From: a virus
Lineage: Duplodnaviria > Caudoviricetes
Strand: one strand, 5' to 3'
Length of the DNA stretch: 30,372 nucleotides
Virus record (IMG/VR): IMGVR_UViG_3300027365_000045
Span: 1-30,372 of that record
Shown here: positions 25,469-30,372 of the stretch, piece after piece
Layout: the number at the start of each line of letters is the position of its first letter
Position numbering within the stretch: position 1 is the stretch's first letter
Notes under the pieces: generated by a model
Databases searched by the model: none
Seen by the model: only the letters and a program-made list of their open reading frames with translations
Told to the model about the DNA's origin: nothing
Translations under genes and position numbers: made by a program

Positions 25469-25494
25469 AAAAAAAGACCCTCACGAGGAGGGTC
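25469..25494 (-). terminator. intrinsic terminator closing the ncRNA unit
   Basis: GACCCUC-CUCGU-GAGGGUC followed by U7. Confidence 0.88.
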
Positions 25495-25546
25495 AAAGAT
25501 ACGCACTGGCTCTGGAAGATGAAGAGACTACGGTTGTGGGTACTTG

Positions 25547-25649
25547 TGAGTGCTTTGCTGGGATGGATTTGAACCACCGACCCAAACCCGATAAGCAATG
25601 GCAATATCGAGTCATACTCTAACCATCTGAGCTACCAACAAAACACTCA
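25547..25649 (-). ncRNA. tRNA-like RNA (core 25555-25641) with enlarged anticodon arm, inside a 15-bp stem
   Basis: U8A9, D arm GCUC-AGAUGGUUA-GAGU, T arm GGUGG-UUCAAAU-CCAUC; 9-bp arm with 11-nt loop in the anticodon position; no CCA. Confidence 0.75.
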
Positions 25650-25868
25650 AAACTACCGGCTGTCTGCTTCCAGCCCGTCAAACCGAATCGCCACGATGGT
25701 TAATCGCCATTCCGGGGAAAGTTGTCAAACCCTGGCTATCTCATTCACCTCTCTCTCAAGCGGTAAAAGGTAGGCAAACCCGCTTGTTCAATTACCTGAA
25801 GTGCTCCGCATGGGAGTCATGCATCACAGCTACTTCAGAGGCCCGCATGAGGTACGCGGTGCTAAAAC

Positions 25869-25943
25869 TGGAGCATCTGGTGGGAATCGAACCCACATTT
25901 TCTGGGTGGAAGCCAGACGTAATTTCCAAACTACGACAGATGC
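25869..25943 (-). tRNA. tRNA-Gly (anticodon UCC)
   Basis: 75 nt: GCAUCUG/CAGAUGC acceptor, UCUGG-CUUCCAC-CCAGA anticodon arm, GUGGG-UUCGAUU-CCCAC T arm, discriminator U, encoded CCA. Confidence 0.95.
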
Positions 25944-25951
25944 AAATCAAC

Positions 25952-26040
25952 CACAACGGAAAGAGCACTGGTCTACCTCTATCGATTAACGGGCTTGTGG
26001 GGCAGTATCGCCGATTCACCCAATGCTCTTACCTGTTGTG
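25952..26040 (-). promoter_or_regulatory. lambda late-leader-type RNase III processing hairpin
   Basis: Arms CACAACAGGUAAGAGCAUUG and CAGUGCUCUUUCCGUUGUG, recalled as the same arms found after tR' in lambda. Confidence 0.75.
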
Positions 26041-26079
26041 TGCCCTGACTTATTAATCACATCTCAGGGCCGCAATGCG

Positions 26080-26218
26080 CCAGATTCGGTTACATGGAAC
26101 TGGAATACCATGAAAGCGCGTTGGCCGTTAGGCTGCTGCTTTAAACTCTGTATCGTTTGCATTTATCTTTGTGGTTCGTTCCTTAATCACCGCAAAGTCG
26201 CTCGCGAAAACTATCTGG
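26080..26218 (-). ncRNA. tmRNA mRNA-like-domain mimic encoding tag ANDTEFKAAA
   Basis: AUAAAU GCA AAC GAU ACA GAG UUU AAA GCA GCA GCC UAA (26160-26128) inside a domain closed by CCAGAU/AUCUGG. Confidence 0.7.
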
Positions 26219-26222
26219 TTTC

Positions 26223-26251
26223 AATATAGCCGCATCCTTGCGACTGTGCAA
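26223..26251 (-). promoter_or_regulatory. sigma70 promoter of the ncRNA unit
   Basis: TTGCAC-17 nt-TATATT with an A-rich upstream region. Confidence 0.75.
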
Positions 26252-26256
26252 CTTAT

Positions 26257-26397
26257 TTATTTACCTTTCTTCTTTTTCTTCTTCCCAGCCTTGCTCATGG
26301 CTATCGCAATGGCCTGCTCCTGAGACTTGCCATGATGCATTTCCATGGCGATATTCTCAGAGATAACCTTGTCCGACTTTCCGCGTTTGAGTGGCAT
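26257..26397 (-). CDS. small basic conserved phage protein (46 aa)
   Basis: MPLKRGKSDKVISENIAMEMHHGKSQEQAIAIAMSKAGKKKKKKGK; TAATG overlap with the upstream gene, SD GGAGG. Missed by the ORF track. Confidence 0.85.
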   Translation of the reverse strand: MPLKRGKSDKVISENIAMEMHHGKSQEQAIAIAMSKAGKKKKKKGK

Positions 26398-26846
26398 TAT
26401 TTGACCTCCACAGCCTGCGAAACCGCATATCCGCCAGCGGCGTCAGTCACGACAACCCAGTATTTACCAGGCTCAGATGCATTCAGTGATGCGCCGCCAT
26501 CAGGCACGTTGACAACCTGCTTGTCGTCTTTGTACCACTGATACGCGTAAGGGCCTGCGCCAGCCTTGGCCTCTGCCGATAGTGTCGACCCTACAGCGGA
26601 GTCAACTGGCTGCGTTGCAAAATACACATCACCAGCGTCTTCCAGGTACGGAACTTCATAGACCATGCCGAAATAGCCAGAAGTCACAGCCAGACCAGTC
26701 TTGTCAGCATATGGCATCTCATTAATCGGGTCGCCAAGGATGCCCTCATCAGATACGTAAATCACATCATCTCCCGAATGGGCTACACGCTTATACTGCA
26801 CGACGCGGCGCGCCGGAACATCAACCACAGTGAAAAATCCGCTCAT
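26397..26846 (-). CDS. Ig-domain virion decoration protein
   Basis: C-terminal Ig-like motif F.TQP...YAYQWYKD...G.YWVVVTD. Confidence 0.8.
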   Translation of the reverse strand: MSGFFTVVDVPARRVVQYKRVAHSGDDVIYVSDEGILGDPINEMPYADKTGLAVTSGYFGMVYEVPYLEDAGDVYFATQPVDSAVGSTLSAEAKAGAGPYAYQWYKDDKQVVNVPDGGASLNASEPGKYWVVVTDAAGGYAVSQAVEVK

Positions 26847-26849
26847 TGG

Positions 26850-26906
26850 TTAGCCCTCTCCGAAGCCAGTTGAAATAAAGTCCGGATGTTCATCGTTATA
26901 ATTCAT
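26850..26906 (-). CDS. possible 18-aa peptide
   Basis: SD GAGGA, then MNYNDEHPDFISTGFGEG filling the intergenic gap. Confidence 0.4.
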   Translation of the reverse strand: MNYNDEHPDFISTGFGEG

Positions 26907-26915
26907 AATACTTCC

Positions 26916-27968
26916 TCATCGCTCATTAAGGTATTGCGCCACACGACTGTCCAGCGCACTCATTTCTTTCAGTGTCATCGGCCGACCGAAGCCATCAATG
27001 GATATCGACCTGAACTCTTCAGGTGTCACACCGCTGTTGCGGAATATCTTACCACGCACCGGGCCGAGTGCCTCATCCTGGAACCAGGCTGGCTGTTGCT
27101 TCAGGAATTCGTAGTAACTGGTATCGGCATCAATCTGCGTTCCGCCTTCCGCACCTTTAGCCGCTCTCTTGGATCCTTTATCAAGGAAGTCGAATTCTGA
27201 GCTGATGACAGGGGCGGTGGTGGTTCGGCACGCAAAGTGAAATGGCGGCTTTGGTTGATACCTGTCGGTTAGTTTGTACACCTTTCCAGGCGGCCAGTTA
27301 CGGCATATTGCTGAGGTTCTCGAGTCAAGCGTGATGATAAGCTCATAACCCTCGACAATATCTTTATTCTTTTCGTATGTCGCATCCTTTGCCACTGTAG
27401 ACACGTGATTCATGGCGGTCTTTACGATTGTCATGGCATTGCGCTGAGACACATCTGCCAGGCCGCCAGCGCCGACGACGCTTTTCACAATCTGCCTGGT
27501 GGTAAGGCCCTGCACGAATCCAGAGCGAACACCGGTAGTAAGGCGCTGAACCTCTGACTCAGCCCAGTTATTTAGCAGGCTGTTGAAGTCAACAGGCTTA
27601 TCGCTCAGGGCCAGCGGCTCAAACTTAACCGCAGACCAGACTTGCTCTGGTGATGGCGTCGTGAAGTTCGCATCCACATTATCGGCAAGCGTTTTGACAT
27701 TCCAGTCAGCCTCATACTTTGCCAGCTCCTGCAAGTCTTCCAGCAGAACGTCATTCCAGTCACCAGCAATTCCGCGCAGGGCGGCGTCAAGGTCGCGAAG
27801 CATCTTGTTCAGACGAGCGGCTGTCCGGCTGTCATCGCCGAACTTCAGTACTTCATCCCTGACCTCATCGCGCATCTGCTGGATGAATGGAACAACAAGG
27901 CCAGCCTCATGCGAGGCCGTGCGCTGTAGCCAGATTTGATGGCTGATGTAGGATTCAAGGAGGCTCAT
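26916..27968 (-). CDS. head morphogenesis protein (SPP1 gp7 / Mu gpF family)
   Basis: TLDSRTSAICR and PPFHFACRT motifs; start MSLLES at 27968. Confidence 0.9.
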   Translation of the reverse strand: MSLLESYISHQIWLQRTASHEAGLVVPFIQQMRDEVRDEVLKFGDDSRTAARLNKMLRDLDAALRGIAGDWNDVLLEDLQELAKYEADWNVKTLADNVDANFTTPSPEQVWSAVKFEPLALSDKPVDFNSLLNNWAESEVQRLTTGVRSGFVQGLTTRQIVKSVVGAGGLADVSQRNAMTIVKTAMNHVSTVAKDATYEKNKDIVEGYELIITLDSRTSAICRNWPPGKVYKLTDRYQPKPPFHFACRTTTAPVISSEFDFLDKGSKRAAKGAEGGTQIDADTSYYEFLKQQPAWFQDEALGPVRGKIFRNSGVTPEEFRSISIDGFGRPMTLKEMSALDSRVAQYLNER

Positions 27969-28066
27969 TTTGTCACCGCGATATAGATTATCAACACTAC
28001 CATCATCATTAGCGGGTAGCATGGCATGGCGAGCCCACTAAACCACCTCCATATAGCGCGAATCAT
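27965..28066 (-). CDS. small single-TM membrane peptide (33 aa)
   Basis: MIRAIWRWFSGLAMPCYPLMMMVVLIIYIAVTK starts 2 nt after the portal stop and ends in an ATGA overlap. Confidence 0.55.
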   Translation of the reverse strand: MIRAIWRWFSGLAMPCYPLMMMVVLIIYIAVTK

Positions 28067-28068
28067 GC

Positions 28069-29574
28069 TCATTGCTGAGCCTGCTGGTCATTCGCATTAC
28101 CGCCATTCTGCTGGTCTGGCTGGTTAGCATTGGCCGGAATCTCACCAGTCACCTGAGCCGGGCCGGCAGGAAGAGGGAGAGGATTATTCTCAATCTTCTC
28201 CTTCATTTCAGCGTTGGTCCAGTTTGTCCATCCGCCACGACGCATGGCTTCCCACATCGCTTCAGTTGGCACATAACCGGCCTGAACCATAGCCATCCAC
28301 TGCTGCGCTTCCTGCGGCGTCATCTGCTGGAGGAAGAATTCCATATTCAGCTTGAACTCAATGCCGGTAGTCGGCAGACCTTTCATCTGTGCCACCCACT
28401 TAAGGCAGTCTTCGTAGGCCTTGCTGACGTTGCGAGCAATGGTCGCCATCACTGACGTATCAGCTCCGCGCTGTAGGCGTGCTGACTCTGCCGTGACCTG
28501 TTGCGTTGGCGTAATGAGCTGCGCGCCAATCTGGACGGCCTGCTGCTCTTTCTTGGACAGCGCCAGGTCAAGCGCGTTGGTAGCCTGTGCCTGAATGAGC
28601 TTAGCATCACCACCCGAGCCAACATTGAGACCGCGACGAGCTCCGAACTTAACGCCATTCGGGTTCAGTGCAATCCACTGCTCTGGACCGATTTTCTCAC
28701 TAGGGGCAATGACCAGCATCGCCTGCGACACCACAAAGAGATTCTCTTCGTTGTCGGCACTGTTTCGGAAGTGGCCGATTTGCAGGTCTGTCAGTGGCAG
28801 CAGTGGTGCATCATCCACGGTCGAGTCGTTATTGCTTGCTCCGACGAACGTGAACGGGATTTCTCCCTTTGGCACGCCGTTCAGTTGAGGGAAGAATTCC
28901 TGCACGCCATCCTGCAATGTGCCGCCATTGTCGAACTTGTACACGCGCTGGCGGTAGTTGCCATTGTCGTCAACATCCAGGACACGATACTGCTCGCCCT
29001 GTAGCGTGCTGAACTCGTCAGGCGAGTCGTTGTATTCATACGGCTCACGCAGCACTACCATCTGGAATTTATTCACTGAGCCAACGCGCTTCAGCTTCCA
29101 GTTGACGACGTTCTCCGCCGTGTAGAAGGCGATAATCGGATTAAGTTGCCCGGCATTCTGCTGTGCCATGGTTGCGATATCAACCGCCGGGGCGTCAACC
29201 AGCAGGCCGCCACGGCCGACGGAGTCAATCTCCATCAGCGTATCCTGCACATGCTGCCACAAACCAACGCCTGAGCCGTCTGCATCCTCAAGCAGATACT
29301 TTAGTGCATCCGGGATTTCCTGCTCAGGGTCTTTACGCATGACACTGCCGACCATGCCAGACAGTGTTCGCTTAGTGAAGTTGTAGACGATAGCCCCGTC
29401 GGCATACTCCTTCTGGCGAAGCGCGCCATATACAGGGTCATCTTCATTCGCGCCGACGTTGCGCAGGTATTTGGTCATATCGCCAGCGACGGCATGACGC
29501 ACCTTTTCCCACTTGCCATAGTTCGCAATGTAGTCGCGGTGCTGCGTTTTTACTGTGTCGAATCCGGTGGTCAT
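28069..29574 (-). CDS. portal protein (DUF4055-like)
   Basis: 501 aa after terminase; YNFTKRTLSGMVG, GRGGLLVDAP, IPFTFVGA and HFRNSAD motifs. Confidence 0.92.
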   Translation of the reverse strand: MTTGFDTVKTQHRDYIANYGKWEKVRHAVAGDMTKYLRNVGANEDDPVYGALRQKEYADGAIVYNFTKRTLSGMVGSVMRKDPEQEIPDALKYLLEDADGSGVGLWQHVQDTLMEIDSVGRGGLLVDAPAVDIATMAQQNAGQLNPIIAFYTAENVVNWKLKRVGSVNKFQMVVLREPYEYNDSPDEFSTLQGEQYRVLDVDDNGNYRQRVYKFDNGGTLQDGVQEFFPQLNGVPKGEIPFTFVGASNNDSTVDDAPLLPLTDLQIGHFRNSADNEENLFVVSQAMLVIAPSEKIGPEQWIALNPNGVKFGARRGLNVGSGGDAKLIQAQATNALDLALSKKEQQAVQIGAQLITPTQQVTAESARLQRGADTSVMATIARNVSKAYEDCLKWVAQMKGLPTTGIEFKLNMEFFLQQMTPQEAQQWMAMVQAGYVPTEAMWEAMRRGGWTNWTNAEMKEKIENNPLPLPAGPAQVTGEIPANANQPDQQNGGNANDQQAQQ

Positions 29575-29584
29575 CTTGCCCTCG

Positions 29585-30372
29585 CTATAATGCGAATGAG
29601 ATAGGAATATTGAGAACTGGCTTCATTATAGGCATTTCGTAGGCGATAGGGTAGCCTGTGGCATCGCATGGATGGTCGATAATGCCATTCTTCTCCGGCT
29701 CTCCATTATCATCATACGCCTGCTGCTCCATTGCGCGAGCCGTCGCCGGGCAGGCGTGGTCGTTGATGAACAGCAATCCCTTCTCAAATGCCGTGTTTAC
29801 GGAAAGAATCCTGTCTTTCACCGCTGGGTTGCTGGCGTTGACTCGCACCTCGAATCCTGCCTGCTGAAGCATAGCGATGTCAGACGTTGACGCCTGATTG
29901 CTCTTGCGGTTCTTCCCGCTGGCGTCCGGGTAGACAATAATGCGGTGACCTTCATTCTTCCATCGCTCCGTGATAACCCGGATTACATCTGGCGTGTCGA
30001 ACAAATCAACCAACTCAGCTACCGCGTGCCACTCCTTCCCGCGCTGCACGTACACCGTTGATGCCATCTTGCCGACGTTGAAGTCCTGCCCGATATAGAG
30101 CGGCTCGTTAGGCTGTATTTTTTCATGGCTTCTGCACTGCTGGCGTTTATATGCGTAGTACACGGTGCCGGATGTCAGGTTAACAAACTCACCATCAACA
30201 TATGCATCGACGAGCTGCGCTGGATACGTGTTATAGAGTGACGGAATGTAGTCGCTTGGCAGGTTCTTTGCGTTCTGCCTGGTGCTGGCCTTCGTCAGCG
30301 AATAAAACTCAGCTATCTCCGGACGTTCTTGCAGGTCAACCACAAACAGCTTGTGAACGAAATTGAAACCTT
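29585..30372 (-). CDS. terL: terminase large subunit, C-terminal part (starts beyond the window)
   Basis: Frame open to the window edge (GFNFVH...); nuclease motifs IGQDFNV, YPDASG and DHPCDATGY. Confidence 0.93.
   Translation of the reverse strand, partial: GFNFVHKLFVVDLQERPEIAEFYSLTKASTRQNAKNLPSDYIPSLYNTYPAQLVDAYVDGEFVNLTSGTVYYAYKRQQCRSHEKIQPNEPLYIGQDFNVGKMASTVYVQRGKEWHAVAELVDLFDTPDVIRVITERWKNEGHRIIVYPDASGKNRKSNQASTSDIAMLQQAGFEVRVNASNPAVKDRILSVNTAFEKGLLFINDHACPATARAMEQQAYDDNGEPEKNGIIDHPCDATGYPIAYEMPIMKPVLNIPISFAL

Noticed and set aside
25681-26091. 9-bp inverted repeat AACCGAATC / GATTCGGTT about 400 nt apart
   Set aside because: About one such match is expected by chance in a region of this size, and it does not extend.
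25784-26229. ORF-track ORFs over the ncRNA unit (25784..26056, 25792..26019, 25801..25989, 26023..26229)
   Set aside because: They overlap a clear tRNA and other structured RNA, lack SD sites and show no protein-like features.
25469-26251. A complete one-piece tmRNA (ssrA) gene
   Set aside because: There is no GGGG-type 5' acceptor end, no G3-U70 pair and no T arm plus CCA flanking the tag. Only the mRNA-like part is present.
8143-29890. Long antisense ORFs opposite structural genes (e.g. 8143..8850, 10271..11020, 22942..23592)
   Set aside because: These are shadow frames of real genes, with no SD or domain motifs.
1-30372. CRISPR array, diversity-generating retroelement, invertible tail-fibre cassette, integrase or IS element
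   Set aside because: I saw no spaced repeats, reverse transcriptase, duplicated template/variable repeat, invertase or transposase by eye; a self-dotplot would confirm.

Overview
This window is about 30 kb of a dsDNA siphovirus genome of an enterobacterial host. The left arm (+ strand, 268-7130) carries an SSB-like protein, a ParB-like protein, a truncated beta-clamp, a RadD/YejH-like SF2 helicase, a RuvC-like resolvase and lambdoid-type accessory genes (kil, ninX, DUF551-like). The right arm (- strand, 7143-30372) is a Jersey/SETP3-like morphogenesis module running from large terminase and portal through scaffold, capsid, neck, tail tube, frameshifted tail chaperone, tape measure and tail tip to an SGNH-esterase tailspike. 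It is interrupted by a + strand moron cluster (16530-17969) and by a lambdoid lysis cassette (dual-start holin, lysozyme, Rz/Rz1). The most unusual part is an about 750-nt non-coding unit (26251->25469, - strand) with its own sigma70-like promoter and terminator. In order it holds a stand-alone tmRNA-like mRNA domain (resume context AUAAAU-GCA, 10-codon tag ANDTEFKAAA-stop) with no tmRNA tRNA-like domain, a lambda-late-type RNase III hairpin, a tRNA-Gly(UCC), several hairpins, and a tRNA-like RNA with an enlarged anticodon arm inside a 15-bp stem. Several small genes missed by the ORF track were also read. All family assignments come from motif recognition or recall, not from database searches.
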